A DNA stretch of 62,353 nucleotides, filler included, from Choristocarpus tenellus KU-1152 (lineage: Eukaryota; Protista; Phaeophyceae): NCBI GenBank assembly GCA_964200185.2. It is 11 parts of 11 records of this genome, joined end to end, with 100 filler letters (N's around TTAATTAATTAA, not from the genome) between each part and the next. Parts side by side here need not be neighbours in the genome. Positions count along the whole stretch, not along the records: positions 1 to 3,723 come from CAXNAD020018293.1; positions 3,824 to 8,669 come from CAXNAD020012820.1; positions 8,770 to 13,777 come from CAXNAD020012185.1; 8 more parts are not named here. One strand, 5' to 3'. Shown here in pieces: positions 1 through 12,888 of this stretch. Position 1 is the first letter of the stretch, and each line of letters begins with the position of its first letter. The position numbers were made by a program, and so were the translations under genes. The notes beneath the pieces were generated by a model that saw only the letters and a program-made list of their open reading frames with translations, was not told the DNA's origin and ran no database searches.

Positions 1-3000
1 CCCCCCCTCCCTTCCCCCCCGGTTCCCCTCCCTGCTCCTTGTCCCCCAGCATCATTCCCTCCTGGCCTTGAAGGCAAAACCCCTGTCATCTGATTGGGTC
101 CTTGAGAGGTCGCCTTGGTTTGGTTTGCTTCAGCTTGTGCCTGCTACGACAATGGCATAAATATGAGTACACATATGACAGAATTACAGATTATGTAGTT
201 TGGCGTAATTATCACATATCAATATATGGGCAGGCTGAGACGGTCTCTTACTTGAGTTGGTATTGTCGAAGATAAGTGGAATTGTCACAAGAAGTGAAAA
301 CATTTGATGGTTGTAACTCTCATCAGAACACACACACACACACACATACGCACGAGGCGAGGATGACTATAAAATGTTTCAAATATTTCAAAGTTACCTC
401 ATCCTTCCTTTTTTTTTTTTTATTACTCAAAAAACATGTCCAGCTTCTGTGCTCCACTGTGTTGAATTTTCTGCCTAAGGATCACTACCAAGAAAGGGAT
501 ATAACCTTTTTTGAGAATGTACTAAAGTCATACTACCAGAAATTGCACACAGAAAAAAGAAGGCAATACTCCACTCCCACAGAAGTGGTTGTTTGGGTGA
601 AAAAAAAGGTCTGCCTCACCTCGCAATAATGCTCATGTACAGGGGGATAGCACATCTTAAGATGGAATCAATACCATACCATACTGAAGGACACACAGCA
701 GATACAAGGCAATCTCTATCTTGCCATTGGTACACTTTGCAGGCTCCCTCAAACGCATCACATGTTAGGGTAAGTTTTATCAGTCACAAAATCCAACCCA
801 CAATCCTCTAGGCTCTGTGTACATCCTCCACATACAGCACACTGGAAAAAAAAAACATGATCTCGTACATTTAGTATGTTTGGCGACCTAACCCTAAGAA
901 GGACCGCATGATGCTACCGCACATGCAAAATGCATTAATGAGGCACAATCAAGACACTATCGAGATACTACAGTAATATAACAGTAACCAGCATTCTGCA
1001 GCAGCCTTGGAAGTCATGCAATCTACTACAATGTGTAGAGGTGGGTTGCTGACCATCCTTGAACTCGGGTTAAAAGCCAGGTTTCAATAATCAAAGTTAG
1101 AAGCATTGCCTTTGCCCCTTTCCTCAAATCCTGTAAAATGAAAGAGAACTGGCACAAAAGTAACATAACATGGTGTGTGGGACACGCATCGTACGGAAGC
1201 AGCAACATACATTATTAACAGAGTCGACCTACATTTGTCCTTGAGCCAATAAGATGCACTCATCCACCCTGCAGCATCCCCCATCTCTCTCAGTATCGGT
1301 CTATTTTTCACCGGATGGATATCAAGAAGGTACAAACAACACTAAGGCACAATGTCAAAAAGGTACAAATGTATTCCCACCTGCTGAGCGTTCATGGCCC
1401 TCATATTGAGAGCCCACTCCCTCTGATGGTGTGAATAGTTGGCAGTGAGGGAGCCCACAAGAGAGGACGACTGGCCTGGGCCTTTCCTCCTTGCCTCCCT
1501 TTGCTTCTCTAGCTTTTCTCTGGCCGCTTGCGTTGCCTCCATGTTCCTAAAAGGTAGTTGATTTTCACCGGTTGCCGATAGAGGTTAGGGTTAGGGATGT
1601 GAATGAGTAGCATCAAGGATAGCACTAGGGTTATTCTTGCCAGGCGTAGGGTTAGGGAGAAGGCTATAGGGTTAGGGTTAGGGTTAAGTTTTGGACAAAA
1701 TGGTAAAGGGATAGGGTTACAAATTGGTCTAGGCTCAGGGACACAGTTGTTGGGATAATGTTGATGCTCAGCTGGGAGTTTGGAATGGGCATCAGTTGGG
1801 TTGGAATATTCTAGAGTATTCCTTGAAGCAGCAAACAACTCCATGGCACAAGGCAGAGTAGCGTTGTTGACATTAGTGATGTTACTATGTTGGTGTATTC
1901 TTATGTGATGTCTTGGGTCTGTTATGTAACGCATGCCACAAGGTTACCAAATATTCAGTGCTGTGAGTGCACATGTCTCGTGAAAATCTCTGTCCAATAT
2001 ATATTACACATAAATCACATACTACATAAATAGAATTATTGAAGTATACCTTGTCTCACCTGAGCTTGAACTCTATGGGCAAAGCAATCTCTGCAAGGCC
2101 AGTATTCCAGGCAATTTGAGCCCCAGAGCCCATCTCCCCATCCATTTCATCACGTCTCTCAGAGGATGGATCATACAGCTCTTTTGCCTCCTCAACCTAG
2201 CATTTCATACACACAAAAGTACATGAAAGCGGATAGAGGCGACGATAGTAAGTGAGGAGTCAGGCTCAGGATACAGGGGAAAAATATGAAGCTTCAGTTT
2301 GTGTTGGGCCACTGTTTTTCCTGAGAAATCAGAGACAATCACAAATCAAATATCTGTACATACTCTGGAGTATATATACGTGTGTGTGTGTGTTTGTGTG
2401 AGTTGGCAGGTTGGTATAGTGATATGGTTCATACTGAGGATGTTTGATAATTGCAATTGGTTATTCTCACTGTGCAATATAGACTAGTAGTCTATATGGT
2501 TTATAGTGTAAAAGTGAATGAAGTAATGTAACTTGAACTCATAAGCGACTGACGTAGTATAACTTGAACTTATAAGTGACTGACTCAGAGTAGCTCTCTT
2601 TTGCATGCTCACAGCAATACCGTACTACCCACTGAAACACCCCAGACATATCCGAGGTACTAGCTCTCATTCTTTGTCCTCTTTGCTGGGACCTTGAAAA
2701 ATTCATCTGAGGTAAATGTAAAGTAAGCCAGCCAACACCCTCACAACCTCAGGTTGAACCAATGGTAACCTGCGGCTACCAGTGGTGACTGATTCGCCAG
2801 AACCACCAGTCAGGACCACCCACCTGATGGGGGTTGAGATGCTGCTCGTAGGGGATGGAACAAGCGGCATCATCTCCTAGACATCAACCTCTTACAGGAA
2901 AAACACACTGGGGGGTGTGGCCCACTGTCCTCAACCATAGCCGGGAATAAAACCTTGCACTACTTGCCAACAGGCTAAATGTTGTCTCAGGGTTTCATTC

Positions 3001-3597
3001 TGTTGTGCTCTGTTTCAATTGTCGTTTGGTAATGATTTGATATGGCAAGTTGTGCTCCCTCTTGTTGTGTATCTCAGGCCTCCCTAACCATACAATACAC
3101 ACAAAGCACCCACCACTATGTTATTTCATAACACAACATGTTAATTGCAAGGCAACGCTCAGCAATGCCCACAACAAAGAAGAAAAAAGATATTTAACAA
3201 TGTATAGTGACCGTGGCAGTGCTATCTAAAGCATACACAAACACAAAACAACTCTGCAAAATATTATGAGTGTTATTAATATCTAATACTGTCCAAGGGT
3301 TACAACCTTCAGCATCTCCCATCCCCTATCGACATCATTGCATCATTCTTATATCCACATATCACATACATCCATTACAAATACATGTAATCACACATGC
3401 ACACAACTACTCTGGAATGCCTCGATCACCACAGAGCGTACCGCCTTACAATTATATCTTTTTTTATCACTTAAAACATTAAGAAAAACCTAAGAACATA
3501 CACCGCCACCCTAAACAAACTGCACAAAGTCCCTCACCTTCTGCTTGAACTCCTCTGGAATAGCATAAAGACGATCCTCTTCGCTCATCATCACCCT

Positions 3598-3600
<3 letters not shown>
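1..3600 (-). CDS. C9orf78/TLS1/CSU2 (Hep_59 family) splicing-factor-like gene, partial; exons ~3538-3600, 2060-2196, 1381-1546, 1-140
   Basis: GT-AG bounded, phase-compatible exons splice to ...MSEEDRLYAIPEEFKQK|VEEAKELYDPSSERRDEMDGEMGSGAQIAWNTGLAEIALPIEFKLR|NMEATQAAREKLEKQREARRKG...SLTANYSHHQREWALNMRAMNAQQ|AQAEANQ... The motifs ED.LY.IP, W.TG.AE..LPIE.KL.N.E.T..A and ANY..H match the Hep_59 family as I recall it. 5' part lost in the poly-C run/gap; 3' end runs off the window. Confidence 0.8.
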
Positions 3601-3651
<51 letters not shown>

Positions 3652-3723
3652 ACCAAGCCGGCGGGGGGGGGAAGGCGGTAACACGGGGTGGGGGGCTCTC
3701 TATAACAAAACAAAAAAAAAAAA

Positions 3724-3823
3724 NNNNNNNNNNNNNNNNNNNNNNNNNNNNNNNNNNNNNNNNNNNNTTAATTAATTAANNNNNNNNNNNNNNNNNNNNN
3801 NNNNNNNNNNNNNNNNNNNNNNN
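3724..3823. other. Artificial contig linker N44-TTAATTAATTAA-N44; identical linkers at 8670-8769, 13778-13877, 17027-17126, 27904-28003, 30909-31008, 41991-42090, 45530-45629, 51161-51260, 59722-59821
   Basis: Ten identical 100-nt blocks with a central palindrome that gives stop codons in all six frames; an assembly or concatenation artefact. Confidence 0.98.
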
Positions 3824-3979
3824 ACCTTCAATAAGTACTCTTCAATCTCGTACTCACTTTCCGATGTAAATTTTTCACTTCAACTATTGTATTTTGCAAG
3901 TTGGTTGCATGGTGAAGTATCCAATTAATCAAATACGGCAGCCATTCCCTCTTCTCCACATGTGTTTGTGAATGAATAC

Positions 3980-4196
3980 CTTATTGGATGAACCTCCTGT
4001 CGAAAGGGGGCTGGAGCGTCGTCTCAAGTCCAGGGTACCCAAGGCCCGAGGTAGAGGTGTACCTGAGGGACGCACCATCCCAAAGAGATCCGAAGAGGAT
4101 TTTTGGTTTGCCGCGGGAGTGTATGATACCTCAAGGGCCCCAGGAACGGATTCTCTCAAGGAGACTGGTGGAGCTGGAACAATAGCTGACCGTCGG
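3980..4196 (-). CDS. Candidate exon of an unknown Ser/Pro-rich protein (RRSAIVPAPPVSLRESVPGALEV...TGGSSNK)
   Basis: Open GC-richer frame ending at an AAG|GTATTC donor; possible TAG acceptor near 4197. No family recognised. Confidence 0.3.
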
Positions 4197-4533
4197 CTAG
4201 GCGTCTCATCGGCCAGGGTGCATAGAGAGGCGAAATTTGGTGAGAGAGGAATATGTTGATTTTTGGCATGCGACAATTGGCTGTTATAGGGGGGCAGGGC
4301 AAGTGTCAACAGGCGTGGGGGTGGGTGGTGTTGAGTCCCTTCTTCTCTCTGCAGATTATTTTGGGCATAAAATACAACTGTGCAGACCCTCTGAGGTTGT
4401 TGTGAGGCAGTGGATGTCAAGCGATGTTACGGTTGGTGAGTTGAGTCGGATGATCTAGCCCACTCTCGTATCTCCATCATTCCAAAATCGTTGTCTAACT
4501 TGTTGCCTTCGCCGTCCTTTTCTCTGTTGATAG

Positions 4534-4619
4534 CAAGGCTAGTATCCTTCACTGTCGCTCCTGCGCAGCTGCAACAGGTAGTCAACTTCTATAAGAAAGA
4601 GGTGGCACCCGTTCTTCAG
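4534..4619 (+). CDS. Candidate exon RLVSFTVAPAQLQQVVNFYKKEVAPVLQ (resembles the start of an ABM-like alpha/beta barrel)
   Basis: Polypyrimidine tract with TAG acceptor (4531-4533), strong CAG|GTAAG donor and a protein-like beta-alpha pattern. Confidence 0.45.
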
Positions 4620-7600
4620 GTAAGGTCCAATCTGCCTGCGTCTATTCCTGCTATGTATACCATATGGTTATTTATAAGTATGCTCACAAACACACATAGG
4701 CATACACTATCATTGGGGTATGATTGCCTGTGTTGTTTCTTGAAAGTACCAAACTGAGCTCTAGGGTCGTTTTACTGTACTGCACATGTTTCAGGGAAAT
4801 CTAGTCATACGTTCTCCACACTGGCAATAACCAAGGGTATACATCAGATTAACAAGGTAGATTATATAGTTGAAATGCTGGTCAGATCTAGATGCTGTTT
4901 GCACTTCTCATTGTGCATCTCTGTCTCTTTTAGCTGCTCATTCACACTACAAGACTATCATGTGAGTGGATACTCAATCTAGTTTGTCTGGGCAAGTGAC
5001 CGACCTCTCTGTTGGATTCAGATAGGGTGTCTTCTGGGTGAAGAGGAAGGTGGTTGGCTTTGTTATAGGAGGTAGTCTGACGCTCTAGGTGTTGTGTTCA
5101 ATACCGTATATGTATGCACTGCCTACCTGAAATGTACATTGAAGATTGAATATTTTTATGCTCAAGAAGAGTGGACTCCAAATTGTCCATACATCTTTAA
5201 TTCATAACAAATGCTTGATACCTTACTCCCTACTCTTAAGGTGTCAGGCAGAGCTGGTATAGGCTGGTCTCCCAAGCCGACACCTCACACTTGTACTTCT
5301 GTGAAATTCTCTTCTACCCCACAACCAGATGGGCAAATGAACTAGTCATTTTGTTCCTGGGACACTTGCCCAAAATGAATCCACTCTCCCCTGCCCATCC
5401 TAGTCAGACTTGCTTCAAACTAAATCAGGATTATTCCATTACACGTGCAAAATATAGGAAGTACCACTGATCACAGACAGCTCTATCACCTACGCTATCA
5501 CCTATGGCCACACCTATCGTTTTTTTATTATTCTCTTTCTCAAGGTGGACGGGTTTGTAAGCGCATATGTGTTCACTCACCAGGAGACAAGCACAGCGCA
5601 CTCAGTGAGTCTGTGGCAATCACAGGCCCATCTGGAAGAGGCCTTAGGTGATCCTGAATACAGTGAGGTATATAAATAACGTTGCAGAGGGTCCTTCTAG
5701 GGCCTTCAATTGTATGATGTATTGTGCTTTGTACCCCTGCTCACTTCGGCTCTGTTGTGTGAGTAGTATGCTCCGTGCTGCACTTTTGCTGAAGGTGGGT
5801 GTGGTTGAACATTGCTGCAGTTGTATGCTCTTCAAATCTAAGTTCTGCAATAATTGATGCTTGCCTTAACCTGTACAAGTAGCGCTTTGTGAAGGCCAAC
5901 ATATATGCTCATATTATCATGTGTATGTCATGACTGGAAGAAGGTGAGCGTTTTTGAAAGTGCTCAGCCATTTGCTGTTGATTTCATGTAGCGATTTTAG
6001 TGCAAAGGAGATTGAGTAGGGGTTGGAGGTGTCTTAGGTATTGATTCAATTTGATTCTCTGTCAAATATGTTGCTTCTTTTGTAAGGCCATTATTTATGT
6101 GTTCAAACCGTACATCTTATAGAAGTTAATTCAAGGCGCATCACAAACGCACTTGCGAGAGTGGCATAGGGCTGTACAGTTTCCTGAAGAGCAAGATGAA
6201 AATATACCTGAATGATGTTCACTCATCCTGCGCACTGGTAGTGTCAACCTGCACTTGCCTGTCAAGGTTGTAGCTGGAAACCTCCCTGCAGGATGTGCTT
6301 CTTAAGGTTGCATCATTGGTTTGAGTGTTCTTTCCTTTGTGTTTCTAATTTGTGATCTGCAGATATTACTTCGATAGTCAATGGGGACCAACCTGCAACT
6401 ATGAACAAAACATCTGCTGATTCCATTGACATTAGATAGTATGGACAGGACTCTGCACGGTATGTGCTATAGGATACTAGAGGTTTGGGAGAAGTGTGTA
6501 AATCTTATTGCACACCCTTCCCACTTCCCTACAGGCAATGAAGAAGCTCAGCACACTTGCAGGATCTTCCCCTGAGGTTTCTGACACTGAGGTGGCGTGT
6601 ACTGTACTCCCAACTACAGGTGGAGGCGACCCTGGAGATGCGACATGACACATTAATGGGGTTTCCTTGAGAATATATGATGCTTTGGCCCAAGGTTACA
6701 CTCCCGTTAGTGTTCCTCTCTTTTTTTTTCAGAAGATTGCTGACTACCGCTTCCTTGATGACACACACAAATATTACTGGCATTGGTTGCTGCTGCAGAT
6801 GAGGTCACAGGAGTGAGAAGTAAAAGTCAATGTGCTTGGCTTCCAACAGTCATTTTTCACTTTGACAATATTGCATCCAAGACAGGAGTCTACCATAGTT
6901 AGTTGTTACAAGCACCATTTTCCGGTACATGATCGAGTTGAAAAAGTAGTCACTGTTGGTTAGTTACCGATAATGCACCCTCCTAGTGCTGGTCGTGCTG
7001 TACCCCTTTCTATGTTTGTGGTGATTTCCATGATTGAACAGATAAACTATATGTTGTTAGTTACATGCTAGTGCAGGTTCTGTTGTGCTCCTTTAATACT
7101 ATAGCTGACAAGGCTTTATTATTCCCCCTCTTCCCGTGGAGCTATGCAAAGGATCCCTCCGATAACATTGTTTCCCTTTGTAGTCAATCTGACTGCATTC
7201 TAGTGTTCAGCTTGTCTTTCTCTCTTATGCCATCCATCATCCAACAACATCCTAAACATTTCTTGCTATTTTTCCGTTTTTGTCCAATCCTTTTCACTCA
7301 CCAACATGCCGTGAGAGTGCAATGCTTCATGAGTATCTCGCCTTGCTTGTAATTTACATGTATGAGTGTGGATCTTTAGCAGTCTGACACTCTTCAGCAA
7401 GCGACTAATGCCCACAAACAATGGAAGCATGGGTCTTGCAAAGGCACAGTGTGTGATTGTGCACTAATTGCTACCTTCAATTTTAGCTATCCCCCGCGGC
7501 AGTGCCCTAGTAATGGAAGCAATGACTTTGTGTAAGCAATTGCTAGTAACACTACAGTGGGAAACGTTGACGTGCTTTTACGCAAAGAAAACCATCAGAC

Positions 7601-8769
7601 ACTGGCAGCAACATCTGAGCTCCAGAGCACAGATACTGCAAGTACTGCCTCTGTTGCCCAGAACATCGATATCGATTAATGAGCTCTATATACACTCCTG
7701 TATAATAGATTACTTTGTTTCCGGTGTAGAGCCAGTTCTTCTTGTGTGGGTTCTTTGTTGTTTTCTTACTTCTATAAATGCTTCCAAGTGAAAAAGGCTG
7801 TTGTTGAACTGCTTTGGAGGAAAGGCTAGTCTTTTCAGCACCGATCACACTTTGGTCGACTTAAAAACAAAGCATAAGCCCATGCCGGACATCGTATCAG
7901 GGACTGTAGACCACTACGGTCAGAATTCTCGTAGCAACGTATCTTCTTTGTACTGTGGATGAAGAGAGCTGCTTGGCATGGCAAGAAATGTTCACGCCGG
8001 AAGACCATATTATATTTTGAAGAACAGATATTGCCTCAGATAAAGGTGGTAGCCAGGAAAAGAGGTCAAAACAACCAATGCTAACCCAGCACAGCTGCAC
8101 CTAGCATCCCCTCTCCACCCACAGGAAATGGTCTTATACATTGAATCTTCATAATCTGCCTGGAGCAGCACTTCATATATTTCACAGGAATAGGTCAGCC
8201 GATCTCTTGCAGCCGTTCTCTGCCTCTAATAAGTTGCACTATAGAAACGAAATTTCCTATACCATTCCTACCTTGCATTCATTCTATATACATGAATCCT
8301 TCTCCAAATACCACTGCAGCACTCCAGTCTCTTGAATCTCTGGCTACGCACACATTTTCCATGCATAGTTTTGGCAGGCTGTTGAGTTTTGGTATATATA
8401 TATTTATTTGTTGCAAATCGAAATGTCAGCATTTACATCTACATGGTAAGGTTGTTGGGGAGCATACGCAGTGAAATGGAGCACAAAATACGTAGCGTCG
8501 ATGTCATTTGCGCTCATGTTGCATTCTGTGTGTATCTGCATACGTACGTGGGATGGATAGTGGGTGAAAACGCTTTCCAATGCAGGGGAGAGGCAAGCTG
8601 CTTGAGCTCAAGGCGATTGGAGGAGGGTAGCATCCCCTATATGCCCAGAACCCTGGATATGTCTTCATCNNNNNNNNNNNNNNNNNNNNNNNNNNNNNNN
8701 NNNNNNNNNNNNNTTAATTAATTAANNNNNNNNNNNNNNNNNNNNNNNNNNNNNNNNNNNNNNNNNNNN

Positions 8770-11700
8770 GTGATATTACAATCCCAGTTGAAGCTTTAGT
8801 GTTGCCCACTTTAGGACCTGATGATGTTCTGCTTGATAACAGTATTCTTGATGGTCTTGGAGCGACATATGACTGTAGAGCTCCAAGGTTTTCATTCCAA
8901 AAAAAGGTGCAACTGTTATACCTGCCATTCATCGTACTACCCCTTCTTTTGATATGTCATCCCCTGTTCAAATAGCAACTACACAAGCGAAAGTTCCATC
9001 TACCCCATTTCGTTTGAAGAAAATTTTTTTCATTCCCTCAGAATCTGAAATGCTTGTATCTGCTGTGAGGAAACCCCCTCTGTTACTTGTGATGCTGTTG
9101 TAGAACCACGTATCTGTTCGTTTCATTATATTAATTCCTTAAATATTAATGATCCTTGGCAATTTATTGCTGTTGCTCGAACAGTTACAACGTGGGATTT
9201 TGATGATGGATCAGGGGTAGTACAACTTGCTAATATGTCCTCCCAAGCAGTTCATTTACCCAAGAATACTCTACTTGATCACATCTACCCTGCAAATATA
9301 GTCAATACCAAACATTCCCACACCATCTCTGCAACATCTCTATCCGGATCTGAACGAAAGTGTCTTGATAATGCGTTGAAACCATCGTTTACCAACACTA
9401 CTTTCTCTTCATCTCAAATGCATGAAGCACTGAATCTTTGTGCCAAGTTCCATTTAGTATTTTCCCTTCATACCTCTGAATTGGGAACTTGCACCATTGC
9501 TGAAGCCGATTTTCCTCTCGAACCAGGCACCAGACCTATTGGTCGAGCATCGCATCGTACCAATCCACAAGTATTATTGATAAATGTGTTTAAAATTTAC
9601 AAAACCAAGGATTGATTGAACCTCCTTCAAGTCCATGGGGTTCCCCTGTTAGTATTGTTGCTAAAGCAGATGGGACCCCAAGATTCTGCATTGATTATCG
9701 GCGGACCATAAATAAACACCTAATTAAACGTTCTTGGCTCATGCCTTTAGCTGAAGAACATCTTGATTTCATTGGTGTAATAAAATTTCTTTCTGTTGCA
9801 GATGTTCAATCAGCATATCATCAGATACCTGTGGCGGAAGCAGACATTGACAAGACTGCTTTTGTCACCCATAAAGGCAAGTTTGTATGGAAACGACTTC
9901 TTTTTGGTTTGAGCAATGCTCCATTTACTTTTCAACGTATGATGGCTCGAGCTCTATCTGATTTTGGCACGGGGTCAGGTCTGTTATGCTACATGGATGA
10001 TCTCATTCTTTGTTTGACCACTTGGCACCACCATACAACTTTGCTTGAAAAGCCTTTTATGCCCCTTCAAAATGCTGGCCTTACTTTAAAACCTTCTAAA
10101 TTGAAGTTTGGTCCAGCAGAAGTTGAATACCTCGGTCATATTGTCTCTAGTGCAGGGGTACGTCTTGGAAAAGCTCGAATTCAAACTATTTTTGACCTAC
10201 CCACTCCTCAAACAAAAAAGGGCATCTGTTCTATCCTTGGTATGTGCAATTTTTGTCGGAAGTTTATCCCACATTATACAGACCTGACAGAACCCCTTCT
10301 AAAATTCACATGTAAAGAGTTCGTCTCACGTCCTTCTGGTGAAATTGGAAAGGTATGGACATCAATTCACGATACCTCATTAGGAAAAATTAATATGGCA
10401 TTAACATCGGCTCCCCTCTTACATCATCCAGATTTCTCGAAATCTTTTGTGGTAGAGGTGGATGCTTCCAATCTAGGTAGTGGTGGTTTTCTTGCTCAAA
10501 AAGCTTCAGATGATCCAACAGACGCCTCATTTCATATTGTGGCTTACTTTAGCAAGAAATTTGTTGGAACACAACGAAATTATTCAGCTACATACAAAGA
10601 ATGTTTAACAATAGTTCATGCCATTAACCACTACCATCCATATTTTTGGGGCCGACATTTTGATTTATTCACTGATCATGTGGCACTCAGATATCTGCAT
10701 TACATGCAAGACAGATAATATGTTGACACGTTGAGCTCTTGGTCTTCAATGCTTTGACTTTAAAGTCCATCATAAACCTGGCAGAGACAATGTTGTACCT
10801 GATGCCCTTTCTCGTCTTTTTGATATTGAGATTGATCGTATGCCAAAAGTACTGTCTCCAATTTGCAGAAATATTTCGGAAAACACAATTTCAAATGCGG
10901 TAACCCCACGTCAAGCATACGAAATATATTCAGACCGCCTTCATGAATTAAATATAATTCAGAGTGACCGTGAACATTTTAGTAGTTCTGTGAACATCTT
11001 TCCAACTCTAGACCACACCAAAATTCGTGAAGCATAAATGAACCATTTTTTTCTTTACTATGCGTATTGACAAGCCCCTGATTCAGTGTCTTTACCTTCC
11101 CGTGAATCGAGGTATAACATGTCATATTTTTATGTTGATGCTGACACTAACTTGCTTTGCCGATCATATTTTCCAGGGCATATACGCAAACACTGTGTTT
11201 TTCGTGGTCAATTAGGGGTTCTAATAGAATTACAATCTTTGGTCTTGCATGCTTGCCATGTTCACCCCGCTTCGGGAGGTCATTTTGGTCTTTCTCATAC
11301 TCTTGACAAGGTAGGAGACCGGTATTGGTGGCTTATGTTTCAAAAAGATGTTAGAGAATGGTATGAAATATGTCAACTTTGCCAAAGACGAAAAACCTCT
11401 CACAGACGTCCTACATTACCTCAAGGACAAATTCCTGAGCCAAAGTATCTTAGAGGGTAGAGCCGCGTCCATTTGGGGGCCAAAGTCGAATGTTGCGATT
11501 ATGATATAATTTTGGCTATCGCTTTTGTTAGGAAGTGTCAATATCCATGTTCCTGACACACCTTTTCCTAACTTGCACACTTTACCTACTCCTAAGCATT
11601 TGGAGTAGGAAAATGTCACTAAAGAACTCATGAGAAGCCAAGCCCCAAATGGATAAACAAGGCAAAACTCGTACCCTCTAAGATACTTTCACTCTCCTGC

Positions 11701-12888
11701 CACTCGACCATTAGAACGGATTGCTGTTGATCTTGTACTATATAAAACCATTTCCCGTGGTTGCCGTTATATTCTTTCGGCTATTTGTCAGTTGTCACGC
11801 TTTGCTTTTTTCATTCCCATTCCAGACAAACAAGAAGTGACCATTGCCAAAGTTTTTTTTGAAAGGATATTTTCAATATTTGGGGCACCCTAAATCCTTC
11901 ACTCTGACCAAGGTTCGGAATTTGAAAATAAACTTGTTCTGGAATTGCAGACAGTGTTTGGGTACCGTAAACCTCGAACCACACCCTACAGACCTCAAGG
12001 AAAATCTATCTTAGAGCTTGTTCATTCTACTCTGCATCAAATGTTATCCATGAACAGTAACATTGCAGAGAATAATTGGGCGACCGTTATTCCATTCCTT
12101 CAATTGGCTCACAATACGGCATACAATACCACATTACAAGAAACACCTTTCTTCCTACTTTTTGGACGCCGGCCAATTTTACCAATATATGTCATTTTTG
12201 GTCTATCTGAAACAACAGTTGCACAATCTAGTCATGAGTTTACTCAATCAACAGCTGAGAATTTACGGTTAGCTTTTGAATTAGCCTGTCGCAATCTGGG
12301 AGAACGGAATGCTAAGAAAATTGCTAACAATGAAACTCTTGTTTTCCCTGTGTTTCACGTTGGAGCTCAAGTTTGGTGCATCGTCCACATACTGACCGTG
12401 ATGGACCTAATCCAAAATTGATTCATCCTTGGCGTGGACCTTTCACTGTGACCGCTAAGATTTCCCCTGTAGGTTACTGTGTTTGTAAACAGGGTGACAT
12501 CAAAGATATTTCTGTTCATTTAGCCCACTTGAAACCTTACATTCCAAACACACAACCACCTGAACCTGATTTTATGAAACTCAGTGAAGTTCTTCTTGGC
12601 CGAACTTTAACCTTACCAGATCTTGATGATTTAGAATCCCCGGTAACCATTGGTCGTTACACTATTGAAGCGATTGTGGGACACAAGTTTGGCCGTGGAC
12701 TTCGTTCACCTTTGAACATAGAATATAGATTACGTCTTAAGTGCTATGACCGGGCTTCTGATGTATTCTATCGTCCATGTGATTTGTCACAATGTGCAGA
12801 AATGATTGCTGTATATAGGCAACAACATTGTCTGGATACACCTCATTCCAACATGCAACCTTCAATTGATACCAATTCTGATCCATGA
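8770..12888 (+). mobile_element. Ty3/Gypsy chromovirus-type LTR retrotransposon pol remnant (protease C-half, RT, RNase H, integrase, chromodomain), inactivated
   Basis: Protease tail VEALVLPTLGPDDVLLDNSIL (~8790); RT SPWGSPV, RFCIDYR, FGLSNAP, YMDD; RNase H VDAS, NYSATYKECL, FTDH; integrase HHCC (H...GGHFG...CQLCQ), IAVDL, HSDQGSEF; GPF motif (PWRGPF); chromodomain-like YTIEAIVGH...EYRLRLK. Several frameshifts and stops. Gag and 5' LTR are lost in the gap; no LTR identified. Confidence 0.95.
11437..11694 (+). mobile_element. 258-bp MITE family A (Sola2-like), inserted in the Gypsy integrase, TSD TCCT
   Basis: TIRs GAGCCAAAGTATCTTAGAGGGTA / TACCCTCTAAGATACTTTCACTC; TCCT at 11433-11436 and 11695-11698. 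Removing the element and one TSD restores integrase QGQIPATRPLERIAVDL. Confidence 0.92.

Noticed and set aside
3598-3723. Long poly-C/poly-G tracts as G-quadruplex regulatory elements (also 44657-44710, 49396-49449, 51098-51130)
   Set aside because: Several sit at contig ends with low-quality-looking flanks; their lengths are unreliable and likely reflect sequencing dropout.
3768-3779. Recurrent TTAATTAATTAA palindrome as a biological motif (e.g. piggyBac TTAA site)
   Set aside because: Always centred in an identical 100-nt N block; it is an artificial six-frame-stop linker.
4900-8100. Possible decayed LINE or pseudogene fragments
   Set aside because: No diagnostic RT or endonuclease motif could be read; frames are heavily interrupted.
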